Assembly (NCBI GenBank): GCA_050014195.1
Contig: JBEKDT010000004.1
Span: 1-64,000 of the forward strand
Source of the DNA: Desulfomonilia bacterium
GTDB taxonomy: Bacteria; Desulfobacterota; Desulfomonilia; UBA1062
Reading direction: 5' to 3'
DNA: 64,000 bases
Positions 10,011 to 19,198 of the stretch are shown one piece after another (position 1 is the stretch's first letter; each line of letters begins with the position of its first letter). The notes beneath the pieces were generated by a model. The model saw only the letters and a list, made by a program, of their open reading frames with translations, had not been told where the DNA came from and did no database searches. The position numbers and the translations under genes are program-made.

Positions 10011-11734
10011 TCTTCACCCCCAATGGCTTCTGCAGGGCAGAGGTCTGCGCATACATTGCATCCCACGCACACCGAGTTAATATGCGCCTTATCGTCTTTA
10101 AATTCAAGCGCAGGGCAGCCGAGAGAGATGCACACCTTGCATCCCGTGCACTTATCGGGGTCTACGCGCAGGGGCTTGCCCGGCACCGCCCGCGATTTGA
10201 GCAATACGCACGGCGCCTTTGAGATGATGACCGACGGACCGTCAAAGGCCAAGGCCTCTTTCACACTCTGCCGTGCACCTTTCACGTCGTAGGGGTTGAT
10301 GGTCTTGACCCACTCGATTCCGAGCGACTTCACCAGGCCTTCAAGGTCGATATTCGTGGTCTTCTGGCCTTCAATGGTGACGCCCGTGCCCGGGTGATTC
10401 TGTGAACCGGTCATGGCGGTAGTCCTGTTGTCCAGGATTACGATCAACGCCGCACCCCGGTTATAGGCCAGGTTTAAGAGACCCGTGATCCCTGAGTGGT
10501 AGAACGTGGAATCGCCGATAACCGCCGTGAGCTTTTCCTTGCCTGCACCGAACACCTTGGACATGCCGTGTGCATGGTTGATCCCGGCGCCCATACACAG
10601 ACATGTGTCTATGGCGTCAAGCGGCGGCAGGAAGCCAAGGGTATAGCAGCCGATGTCGCCGGCGATAAATGTCTTGTTACGCCGTAACGCCCAGAGCATG
10701 CCGCGGTGGGGACAACCCGGGCACATGTTGGGCGGCCTTCCAGGAAGGGCTCTCTGGGCGGGTTTCATCACCGCTGCGCCCGAGATGGCGGCCTTAATGA
10801 TGTCCGGATTCAGCTCTCCGCACATCGGGATGCGGTCTTTGCCATGGCAGGTAATACCCAAGGCCTTGACCTGTTCCTCCATAAACGGATCGAGCTCTTC
10901 TACAACCCATAGTTCTTTGACCTTGGCAGCGAACTGCTTAACCAGCTCATCGGGGAAGGGATACGGCATGCCGAGCTTCAGGAAAGAGGCATTTGGGAAC
11001 ACCTCCTTGGCATATTGATATGCCACACCCGAGGAGATGATCCCGAGCTTGGTATCGGCCATTTCCATGCGGTTCATGGGGGTAGTGTTCGAAAGCTTTT
11101 TCAGGGCAAGTACGCGCTCCTCTATTACCGGATGGCGCCTTCTTGCATTGGCGGGCAGCATCACCCACTCTGCCGGGTGCCGCTCAAGGCTTGGCGTTTT
11201 CTTCGCCTCGGGCTCGGAAAGCTCCACAACACCCATGGAATGTGAGATCCGTGTAGTGGTCCGGACCATGACGGGTGTGCCGAAGTCCTCGCTTATTTTG
11301 AAGGCATCCCTGGTGAAATCCTTTGCCTCTTGGGAGCTGGACGGCTCCAGCATGGCGATCTTGGCGAAGCGCGCATAATGCCGGTTATCCTGCTCATTCT
11401 GGGAGGAGAACAGCTCGGGATCGTCTGCGCTGATGAGCACGATGCCCCCGCGTATGAGGGTATACGGCAGCGTCATGAGCGGGTCCGCCGCCACATTTAC
11501 TCCCACGTGCTTCATGACGGCCAGGGAACGCGCCCCAGCATATGAGGCCCCTACGGCAACCTCAAGGGCTACCTTCTCGTTGGGTGTCCATTCGGAGTGG
11601 ATGTCACGGTACTGTTTTGCAATAGTCTCGAGGATCTCGGTGCTTGGTGTGCCGGGGTACGCGGAGGCAAAGGATAAGCCCGCCTCATATGCCCCCCGGG
11701 CAACCGCCTCATTGCCGCTGAGGATCTTCTTCAT
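10007..11734 (-). CDS. iorA: Indolepyruvate:ferredoxin oxidoreductase alpha subunit
   Basis: LSGNEAVARGA, YPGTPSTE, NEKVALE, CPGCPH, GDIGCY, GDSTF, C-terminal 2x[4Fe-4S]; start at ATG 11734. Confidence 0.94.
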   Translation of the reverse strand: MKKILSGNEAVARGAYEAGLSFASAYPGTPSTEILETIAKQYRDIHSEWTPNEKVALEVAVGASYAGARSLAVMKHVGVNVAADPLMTLPYTLIRGGIVLISADDPELFSSQNEQDNRHYARFAKIAMLEPSSSQEAKDFTRDAFKISEDFGTPVMVRTTTRISHSMGVVELSEPEAKKTPSLERHPAEWVMLPANARRRHPVIEERVLALKKLSNTTPMNRMEMADTKLGIISSGVAYQYAKEVFPNASFLKLGMPYPFPDELVKQFAAKVKELWVVEELDPFMEEQVKALGITCHGKDRIPMCGELNPDIIKAAISGAAVMKPAQRALPGRPPNMCPGCPHRGMLWALRRNKTFIAGDIGCYTLGFLPPLDAIDTCLCMGAGINHAHGMSKVFGAGKEKLTAVIGDSTFYHSGITGLLNLAYNRGAALIVILDNRTTAMTGSQNHPGTGVTIEGQKTTNIDLEGLVKSLGIEWVKTINPYDVKGARQSVKEALAFDGPSVIISKAPCVLLKSRAVPGKPLRVDPDKCTGCKVCISLGCPALEFKDDKAHINSVCVGCNVCADLCPAEAIGGEE

Positions 11735-11760
11735 ATAGAATCCCTTTCTTGGCTGAAGAT

Positions 11761-11790
11761 AAAAAAAGACCATGGGTTTTGCCCATGGCC
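11761..11790 (-). terminator. Attenuator terminator hairpin upstream of iorA
   Basis: Minus strand GGCCATGGG-CAAAA-CCCATGGTC followed by T7, 26 nt before the iorA start. Confidence 0.88.
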
Positions 11791-11818
11791 TTGTCTGTCT
11801 CCTTACCGGCACCCAGGC

Positions 11819-11887
11819 CTATGGGCAACCGCCCCTTCGAAAGTAAAAGCCGTAATAATAAGGCAGGGTTGCTGTCTTTTCAAACAT
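11819..11887 (-). CDS. Tyr/Phe-rich attenuator leader peptide (22 aa) MFEKTATLPYYYGFYFRRGGCP
   Basis: Manual translation; 4 Tyr and 2 Phe codons within 7 consecutive codons, directly upstream of an intrinsic terminator. Confidence 0.85.
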   Translation of the reverse strand: MFEKTATLPYYYGFYFRRGGCP

Positions 11888-11893
11888 CGCTTG

Positions 11894-11924
11894 TGTATAT
11901 CCACTGAGCACCACATTCTGTCAA
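11894..11924 (-). promoter_or_regulatory. Candidate sigma70 promoter of the leader/ior operon
   Basis: TTGACA (11919-11924) and TATACA (11894-11899); the spacer is 19 nt, longer than optimal. Confidence 0.45.
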
Positions 11925-12053
11925 GCTTTTTCTTAATGTGAAGAAGAATCGTTCACCCATTCTAGGACATCAATTACTCTATAAAGTGATGAATAAGGGA
12001 TTTTTAAGAATGCGTTATTACTCATAAAAATAAAAAGCACAGAGGAGGTTGTT

Positions 12054-12512
12054 ATGTTTACCCCAAAGAAGATCTTGGTTCCCACTGACTTTTCAGAATC
12101 CGCAGACAAGGCCGTCGAGCATGCCGCTGACATCGCGGCCAAATATCATGCCAAGGTAGTTGTTCTCCATGTGGTCGAGGAGAACGTCAGGCAGTGCGCC
12201 ATAGACTATCTGGTGGACTACTGCATAAGTGATGACTTTGTCACACAGTTCGAGCGCGAGATCATGAGGACATCCAATGAGAGATTGCAGAAGCAGATAG
12301 TTAACATAAAAGGCGCAAAGGTCGATATAGAATATGAAATCAGAAAAGGCGAGCCTGCAGATATCATCCTGGATGAACAGGTAAAGCTCGGGGCCGACCT
12401 CATTGTTATTGCATCACATGGTAAGGTTGGCGCGGCAAAACACGCTATCGGCGGTGTGACGGACAAGGTAGTCAGATCAGCTACATGCAACGTCATGGTG
12501 AATAAAATATGA
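12054..12512 (+). CDS. Universal stress protein (UspA family)
   Basis: KKILVPTDFS, GEPADII, ADLIVIASHG, IGGVTDKVVRSATC. Confidence 0.92.
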   Translation: MFTPKKILVPTDFSESADKAVEHAADIAAKYHAKVVVLHVVEENVRQCAIDYLVDYCISDDFVTQFEREIMRTSNERLQKQIVNIKGAKVDIEYEIRKGEPADIILDEQVKLGADLIVIASHGKVGAAKHAIGGVTDKVVRSATCNVMVNKI

Positions 12513-12666
12513 AAATGCCTGATAAATATGACCTTTTCCCTTTCAAATCACTCTGGGCTTGCATTTCAAGCGAATTTGTGGTGTATAATACTATTTCCGA
12601 CTTAAACAAGGATGGTGATAAGATCGGATTTGCAATGATTTTCTGTAATGACGGTAAGGATACCCC

Positions 12667-13899
12667 ATGAGAAGAACATTCAGTCTTATCATCTTATTAT
12701 TAATGGCCTGCATGATCTGTTCATGCAGTACAAGCAATTCAGTTTCGCTTATCCGGAATAAAGATTATCAACATGCCCTCATAGAGATCCCCCCCCTGGC
12801 TGAACAGGGAGATATCCAAGCCCAGTATAATCTTGGGCTTATGTACATGAACGCTTGGGGGGTGCCGCAAGATTTCATGAAGGCATCAAGATGGTTCCAC
12901 CTGGCTGCCGGAAACGGCAATGTGGAAGCCCAATTCAATTTAGGCATAATGTATTATAAAGGCCTGGGAGTAACCCGCGACTATACGGAGGCTGCCAAAT
13001 GGTTCACCGCTGCTTCTGCGCAGGGTTATATGAAGGCCCAGAGCAATCTTGGATTCATGTATTACCAGGGTCTCGGCGTCAAGCAGGATTATTTACTCGC
13101 AGAGAAGTGGTACCGCAAGGCTGGAAATCAAGGTGATGTCGAGGCACAAATGCGCCTGGGGAATATCTATTATCAAGGCAAGGATATGCCCAAGAATCTG
13201 AAAAAAGCTATGTTCTGGTACCGCAAGGCTGCCCGTCAAGGCAATGTTGAGGCCCAGGTGAACCTTGGAGATATATATTACGGCGGCTTGGGTATTTCAA
13301 AGAACTATGGAGAGGCGATCAAATGGTACATTGAAGCCGCCTCTCAGGGGAATACCCATTCTCAGTGCAATATGGGGTTTATTTATCTCAATGGCGAGGG
13401 AGTACATCAAAGCTTTGCAGATGCCGCCTACTGGTTCCGCATGGCTGCGGAACATGGGAATAACCTTGCACAGGCGTATACAGGGTTCTTTTATGACCAT
13501 GGCTTGGGCGTATCCCAGGACTATGCTGAGGCGATAAAGTGGTATCTCCTTGCAGCCGAGCAGGGAGATGCCGTGATACAGTTCAACCTCGGACTCTTGT
13601 ACTCAAAGGGCAAGGGAGTACAACAAAGTTATGAAGAGGCTTCCAAATGGTATCAAAAGGCCGCAGAACAGGGTTTTGACCAGGCCTTGTACAACCTTGG
13701 GCTCTTGTACAGTAACGGTACCGGGGTTCCAAAGGATTACATGCAGGCCTATTTATGTTTCAAGCTCGCAGCAGAACAAGGTATCGAGCCGGCAAACAAT
13801 TATCTTGATACCATGGCCCAACAGATGACCCCGGCCCAGATTACTGAGGCACAGGAAATGGCAAAGGTGTGGAAGCAGTCAACAGGCACTCCTAACTGA
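12667..13899 (+). CDS. Sel1-repeat (SLR) lipoprotein
   Basis: Signal peptide with Cys; about 9 repeats of AQxNLGxMYxxGxGVxQDYxEAxKWYxxAAxQG. Confidence 0.92.
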   Translation: MRRTFSLIILLLMACMICSCSTSNSVSLIRNKDYQHALIEIPPLAEQGDIQAQYNLGLMYMNAWGVPQDFMKASRWFHLAAGNGNVEAQFNLGIMYYKGLGVTRDYTEAAKWFTAASAQGYMKAQSNLGFMYYQGLGVKQDYLLAEKWYRKAGNQGDVEAQMRLGNIYYQGKDMPKNLKKAMFWYRKAARQGNVEAQVNLGDIYYGGLGISKNYGEAIKWYIEAASQGNTHSQCNMGFIYLNGEGVHQSFADAAYWFRMAAEHGNNLAQAYTGFFYDHGLGVSQDYAEAIKWYLLAAEQGDAVIQFNLGLLYSKGKGVQQSYEEASKWYQKAAEQGFDQALYNLGLLYSNGTGVPKDYMQAYLCFKLAAEQGIEPANNYLDTMAQQMTPAQITEAQEMAKVWKQSTGTPN

Positions 13900-13918
13900 G
13901 TATCTTTTGGCAGATCCC

Positions 13919-14536
13919 TTACCCTGCCAAACGCTTACCAAGATCAAAGACTTTTACATTCATCTCGAGCATATCCCCCTTAAGGGTCTCTGCAGCTACC
14001 TCCCGGAAGTCCTCAGTATCAAAGGGCAGGACTTTAAGCCCTGCTATAGCGCCCAACATGATGACATTACTTAGAATCGGCTTTCCAAGCTTGAGGGCTT
14101 CGTCCGTGGCCTCAACAAAACAAAGCTCCTCGGTGAGCTGTGCAAGAGTTGTTTTCAGCTCATCGAGGGATGGGTATGCCTGGTCGCCGGCGATGACACC
14201 TACGGTATGCACCGGCCTTGTGTTGCTGAGCACCTTTACCCCGGGCTTCCCGTAGGCGGCGATCACCCGTAAGGCCTCAATGGGTTCCAGGGCCACTATG
14301 AGGTCGGCCTTGCCCTTGGGAATCTGGGGACTCCAGATTGATCTTAGTGAGATGCGCAGGTGGCTCATGACCGAGCCTCCCCTCTGGGACGCACCAAAGG
14401 TCTCACCGATCGTGATATAGTACCCTTTCCGTGCGAAGATATTGCCCAGCATTCGCGAGGCGATGACGTTGCCCTGCCCCCCTACTCCGGTAAGGACGAC
14501 GTTGTATGGATCTTTCACGAGCGCAGACACCTTCAT
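13919..14536 (-). CDS. iorB: Indolepyruvate:ferredoxin oxidoreductase beta subunit, second copy
   Basis: [23 protein letters not shown]. Confidence 0.9.
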   Translation of the reverse strand: MKVSALVKDPYNVVLTGVGGQGNVIASRMLGNIFARKGYYITIGETFGASQRGGSVMSHLRISLRSIWSPQIPKGKADLIVALEPIEALRVIAAYGKPGVKVLSNTRPVHTVGVIAGDQAYPSLDELKTTLAQLTEELCFVEATDEALKLGKPILSNVIMLGAIAGLKVLPFDTEDFREVAAETLKGDMLEMNVKVFDLGKRLAG

Positions 14537-16470
14537 GCCGCCTCCGTCTTCAGGATCGCCCCGGACGGACAGATTCTAGCGCATACTCCGCAGCCCGTAC
14601 AGATAACCTCATCGATCCTGGCCTTAAGGGCATGTTTGTCCCAGATGAGGCCCGGACAGCGGAAGATCCGGGTACAAAGACGGTTACATCCGCACTTCTC
14701 GCCGATACACACGGAACTGTCCACTATGACATCATACTCCTTCTTTCCCTTCTTCTCCGGCGATAATGCACAGATCCGGCTGAGAATGACCACACGTGCA
14801 CCCTGTTCGTCCTGGATCATGTGCAAGAGCTTCTCCTCGGTGTCATCGATGTCAAAGGGATCCGCCATTACCACCTTTGCGCCGATGGCCCGGCAGACTT
14901 TTGCAATATCGATGCCTTCGGCCTCATTGCCCATGGCATCCACATTGAGCCCCGGGTGCGGTTGAAAACCCGTCATGGCAGTACCTCTGTTGTCGAGGAT
15001 CACCATAACGATATCCGCCTTATGGTGGACTGCATTCACGAGTGCCGGCATTGCTGCGTGGAAGAAGGTGGAGTCGCCGCATACTGCGAGCGCAGGCTGG
15101 TCCATTCCAAACCGGATGAGCTGACCGAATCCGCCCGCCACACCGAGGCCGGAACCCATGGAGTGCGCCGTTTTCAAAGAGCTGAACCCGCAGGGCAGGA
15201 TGGCCATGGTGTAGCAGCCGATATCACCACAGACAAACCCCTGCCGGTTGTCAATGGCAAGGGCGTTATGGATGCTCCAGAAAGACGCCCTGTGCGGACA
15301 GCCGGGGCAGAAGGTCATCTCACGGTTTGGGGCCTTTGTAAAAGCCAGCATCTGCGCCGTGCTCTCAAATTCCTGGGGTACCGCCCTGTATGGGATGTCA
15401 AAGATCTTGGCGAGTGCGGCGATAACAAGGTCAGGGTTCATCTCGTTCGTCATGGGGATGCTGAGGTCGTTTTTACCGAAGAAACTCTTGATGCCGATCA
15501 GATTCGCCATCTCCATGGCAAAAACCTTCACGTTCTCTTCAAGAAAAGGCAGCACCTCTTCAATAATGAGAACCTTCTCAGAGATGGAGAGATACTTCTT
15601 CATCAGCCTGGGCGGCAATGGCCAGGTAGTACCGAGCTTGAGGATTCCCACCTTTTTGGTGAGACCCAAAACATCCACAGCCTCCCGGCTGTACAAGTTA
15701 CAAGCGCTGCTTGTTATTATGAGCAACTCCGGCCTTTCAGGGCCTGTATACGTGTTGAAAGGTGACTCCTCAAAAAGCTCTACAGCCTTCTTCAGTTTCC
15801 CCTGAAGCTGGGCGTGCATGAGGGGCACCGGTGCCGAGATGACGGCCCCACAGTCGGGGTCGAGGATAAAGCCGTCATGCCTGAAGCGCGCCTGCCTGGC
15901 GTCTTGAGGCAAAGCACCGAGCTTCACATTCCCACTCGCATGGGAGAGCCTGGTGACGCTGCGTAAAACCACGATGCTGCGGATGTGCTCGGAGAGCTCG
16001 AAGGCCCATTTGGTCATGTCCTTGGCCTCCTGGAAGTCCCCCGGCTCCAGCAACGGGAGCTCGAGCATCTTGGCAAAGTGCCGTGACTCGCCTTCGTTCA
16101 CGCTTGAGAGCGCCCCGGGGTCATCACAGGGGATAAGCACCAGACCGCCTCTCGTTCCGGACAGGGCCAGATGGAGGAGGAAGTCGGATGCCACGTTCAC
16201 GCCGTTCTGCTTCATGGCGCACAGCGATCGAAGCCCGGCAAAGGAGCCTGCCGCGGCCACCTCAAGGGCCACCTTCTCGTTCACCGACCATTCTACATAC
16301 ATGCCCCTTTCTTTTGAGACCTTTGCAAGGTTTTCGATGATCTCTGAGGATGGGGTGCCGGGATAGGCTGCAGCAACCTGCACACCGGCCTCGATGGCGC
16401 CTCGTGCAATGGCCTCGTTCCCCATGAGGAGCAGTGTATGACCCTCATTCGGATCAGTCAGGAAGCTCAT
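14533..16470 (-). CDS. iorA: Indolepyruvate:ferredoxin oxidoreductase alpha subunit, second copy
   Basis: LMGNEAIARGA, YPGTPSSE, CPGCPHR, GDIGCY, GDSTFFH, terminal Fe-S motifs; ATGA overlap at 16467-16470. Confidence 0.9.
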   Translation of the reverse strand: MSFLTDPNEGHTLLLMGNEAIARGAIEAGVQVAAAYPGTPSSEIIENLAKVSKERGMYVEWSVNEKVALEVAAAGSFAGLRSLCAMKQNGVNVASDFLLHLALSGTRGGLVLIPCDDPGALSSVNEGESRHFAKMLELPLLEPGDFQEAKDMTKWAFELSEHIRSIVVLRSVTRLSHASGNVKLGALPQDARQARFRHDGFILDPDCGAVISAPVPLMHAQLQGKLKKAVELFEESPFNTYTGPERPELLIITSSACNLYSREAVDVLGLTKKVGILKLGTTWPLPPRLMKKYLSISEKVLIIEEVLPFLEENVKVFAMEMANLIGIKSFFGKNDLSIPMTNEMNPDLVIAALAKIFDIPYRAVPQEFESTAQMLAFTKAPNREMTFCPGCPHRASFWSIHNALAIDNRQGFVCGDIGCYTMAILPCGFSSLKTAHSMGSGLGVAGGFGQLIRFGMDQPALAVCGDSTFFHAAMPALVNAVHHKADIVMVILDNRGTAMTGFQPHPGLNVDAMGNEAEGIDIAKVCRAIGAKVVMADPFDIDDTEEKLLHMIQDEQGARVVILSRICALSPEKKGKKEYDVIVDSSVCIGEKCGCNRLCTRIFRCPGLIWDKHALKARIDEVICTGCGVCARICPSGAILKTEAA

Positions 16471-17600
16471 GCGGCACCTCCTCCTCTGCACGTTATCTTG
16501 CCCAAGACATCTTCGCCCATCCTGAGATACGAACGTTTACTCTCGCCTTGGGTATTAATCATGCCCTCCTCTCCGGCACGGATCAGGGCCCGTCTTTTCT
16601 TGTTTCCGGCAGCCTCCATCAGGTGATCAAGACTCGCGCCCGGAATATCCTCCAAGACCAGGTACCCCCTCTTTCCTGCACTACTTAAGAGCCGCTCTCC
16701 ACGCTCGGTACGGATGATTACTATGTTCGTATCCGGCCGGTCCTCCAGGACCCCCACCGAGATGTCTGCAAACTCACTCGTCATATCGAAGCAGTAAGAA
16801 CAGGTATTCGGAACCCGCCCACGGATCTCTGAGAGCGGGAAGGACACCTTGCCTGCCGTAGTATAGACATCGAGTACCTCTGCCGGCGGCGGCGGGATAT
16901 CAAATTTCATGACGGCGCTGATGTCGAGTCGTTCAGCCAGGAAGGCCTCGAGTTCTTTATATTCCACTGACCACGTACAGAAAAGACCGATGACCACGGC
17001 AGTGGGATCTGTGAAATTTTCGATTCTAGTCGGATTCATCCGCATCTGCGCAATGGCGAGGGCCTGGCAGGGTGTGGCAACAACACCGAGGCGGGCATAT
17101 CCTTCTCCCACAGCCTGGTTAAGGGCCATAAGGGTCGGCGCTGCAGTGTATTTTGATGAGGCACATTTCAGTACATCTTTCGCTTTTGTGACGATACGCG
17201 GGACAGGCAGCATACCGTCTCTATCCGTGAGGACAGCCGCATCTATCATGTGTGACCGAATTGCATAGGTGATAATTGCCGTGACGGTTCCACCGGACTG
17301 TACATTGGCTCGGCCCAGCTTATCTCCTGCTCGGGATACCTTAATGGATCGGTAGGTGCCCAGCGGGGCATCGTTGTAAGGAGAGCCGAAGAGGGCATCT
17401 GAGACCTCGTCGAGATTCACCTCAACCTTGGGGCAATATGCGAAACACCTCCCGCCTTGCTGCGTGCAGCCAAAAAGCATTACAACCCTGCCACGGTGCG
17501 CCCGGTAATAAGGGCACAGCGATACACAAGCCCCGCAGCCGATGCACAGATTTTTCTCCACTACATCGCTTAATAACTCATTTGCCCCGAATATCTGCAT
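16467..17600 (-). CDS. Coenzyme F420 hydrogenase/dehydrogenase beta-subunit (FrhB/FdhB) family protein with N-terminal ferredoxin motif
   Basis: CIGCGACVSLCP, QSGGTVT, SSKY, VATPCQ, IGLFC, CSYCFD..SEFADISVG, IRTERG. Confidence 0.88.
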   Translation of the reverse strand: MQIFGANELLSDVVEKNLCIGCGACVSLCPYYRAHRGRVVMLFGCTQQGGRCFAYCPKVEVNLDEVSDALFGSPYNDAPLGTYRSIKVSRAGDKLGRANVQSGGTVTAIITYAIRSHMIDAAVLTDRDGMLPVPRIVTKAKDVLKCASSKYTAAPTLMALNQAVGEGYARLGVVATPCQALAIAQMRMNPTRIENFTDPTAVVIGLFCTWSVEYKELEAFLAERLDISAVMKFDIPPPPAEVLDVYTTAGKVSFPLSEIRGRVPNTCSYCFDMTSEFADISVGVLEDRPDTNIVIIRTERGERLLSSAGKRGYLVLEDIPGASLDHLMEAAGNKKRRALIRAGEEGMINTQGESKRSYLRMGEDVLGKITCRGGGAA

Positions 17601-17733
17601 CCTTTGCCCTCCAACCGAGGTGTTTTACGTTGTTCTAGCCCACAGATAAACACGTAGGACAGCAGGACTTTGTCTTATTGTAATATGATTTTAATATGAA
17701 CGGATCAGGACTGCAAATTTTTTATGAAAATGA

Positions 17734-17892
17734 TTATACAGGCTCGCTCATCGTTGCATCAATATTCATGCTCACACAAACCTGATGAGTAAAACATAAA
17801 GTATTGGTATCATGATCCGGTGCCATTGCCCACAGATAGTCGGGTATCCAGAGAGAAGTCAGGGCAGCCAGAATTACCAACACTTTCTTCAT
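17734..17892 (-). CDS. Putative small secreted protein (52 aa)
   Basis: MKKVLVILAALTSLWIPDYLWAMAPDHDTNTLCFTHQVCVSMNIDATMSEPV; SD GAGGAAGGA upstream; signal-peptide-like N-terminus. Confidence 0.55.
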   Translation of the reverse strand: MKKVLVILAALTSLWIPDYLWAMAPDHDTNTLCFTHQVCVSMNIDATMSEPV

Positions 17893-18106
17893 AACATTCC
17901 TTCCTCACCAATAGAGCGAGCAAAAATCATGCCCCATCATATTATTCATAATATCAATTGATTATTAATATTACCCATACGGAGCCCTCCCCGTTTCGGT
18001 AAATATTTACCACTTGGATGGACAATTATTTTGCCCACCACCTTTTTATAATCTTCCTTGACATGAACAGCCGAGTTCTTATAGCCTCCCAAATCCTGGA
18101 GATGGA

Positions 18107-19198
18107 TTGATCCGTATGAGTAGAATTGAGGCATGGATCGCATTAGACCTCTTGCCGGCCATTGGCCCGAGAACGGCGCGGAAGCTCCTGGAGGTCTATG
18201 GATCCCCTGAAACCATCCTCACCACACCGATTTCTGAATTCAAAGGCCTCGGCATCCTGAATAAGGCTCAGCTGGATGCCCTTGCTTCCGGGCCCGATGA
18301 TAAACGGGTGAAAGAAGTGCTGGGTAAACTTGCTTCCCAGGGAGCCTATGCCGTCTGCCTGGATGATCCCACCTATCCCCGGATATTAAAAGAGACCGAC
18401 GACCCGCCGTGCGTCCTTTATGTGAAGGGCAGTCTGGATGACGTAGAGCCCGCTGTAGCCATTATCGGCACACGCTCACCCTCCCATTACGGGAAAGACA
18501 CGGCCTTCAGGCTTGCACGGAACTTGAGTATTCAGGGCATAACCATCATATCGGGCCTTGCCCGCGGTATCGATAAGGAGGCACACCTTGGTGCGTTGGA
18601 GGGATTATCAAAAACCGTGGCCGTGCTCGGATCCGGCATTGACATTATCTACCCTCCGGAGCATGACAAGCTTGCAGATAAGATTGCAACGAAGGGTGCG
18701 GTCATCACCGAGCTTCCTCCGGGCACAAATCCTGATGCCAAAAACTTCCCCAGGCGGAACCGGATCATATCGGGTTTGTGCCAGGGGGTTATCATCGTAG
18801 AGGCCACCATCAAATCAGGCGCCATGATCACCGCCCGCTATGCCCTCGAACAGGGGAGGCTTATCATGGCAGTCCCGGGAAGCATCACGAATGTGCGCTC
18901 CCAGGGCACGCACCACCTTATCCGCCAGGGAGCGGTCCTTATCCAGGACTGTGACGACGTCCTGGCTGAGATCGCACCCCAGATCAAGGGCCTGCTCAAG
19001 GAATTCAAGCCTTCCACTCTAGGGACCGATGATATTCTCACCCTGGTGGCTGCATCGCCGTTGAGTATCGATGAGATCGCCGCCCAACTCGATATAGACA
19101 TCATGGAAGCAAGCCGCAGGGTAAGTATGCTCGAGCTCACAGGGGCAATCGAGCGGATCGAAGGAAATAGATACACACCAAGGAGCATGAATGGCTAA
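18107..19198 (+). CDS. dprA: DNA-processing protein DprA
   Basis: YPRILKE..DPP..LYVKG, AIIGTR, ISGLARGID, FPRRNRIISG, VEATIKSGAMITA. Confidence 0.95.
   Translation: MIRMSRIEAWIALDLLPAIGPRTARKLLEVYGSPETILTTPISEFKGLGILNKAQLDALASGPDDKRVKEVLGKLASQGAYAVCLDDPTYPRILKETDDPPCVLYVKGSLDDVEPAVAIIGTRSPSHYGKDTAFRLARNLSIQGITIISGLARGIDKEAHLGALEGLSKTVAVLGSGIDIIYPPEHDKLADKIATKGAVITELPPGTNPDAKNFPRRNRIISGLCQGVIIVEATIKSGAMITARYALEQGRLIMAVPGSITNVRSQGTHHLIRQGAVLIQDCDDVLAEIAPQIKGLLKEFKPSTLGTDDILTLVAASPLSIDEIAAQLDIDIMEASRRVSMLELTGAIERIEGNRYTPRSMNG

Noticed and set aside
10007-11812. ORF-track start of iorA at 11812
   Set aside because: The extension runs through the attenuator terminator; family similarity begins at MKKILSGNEA (11734).
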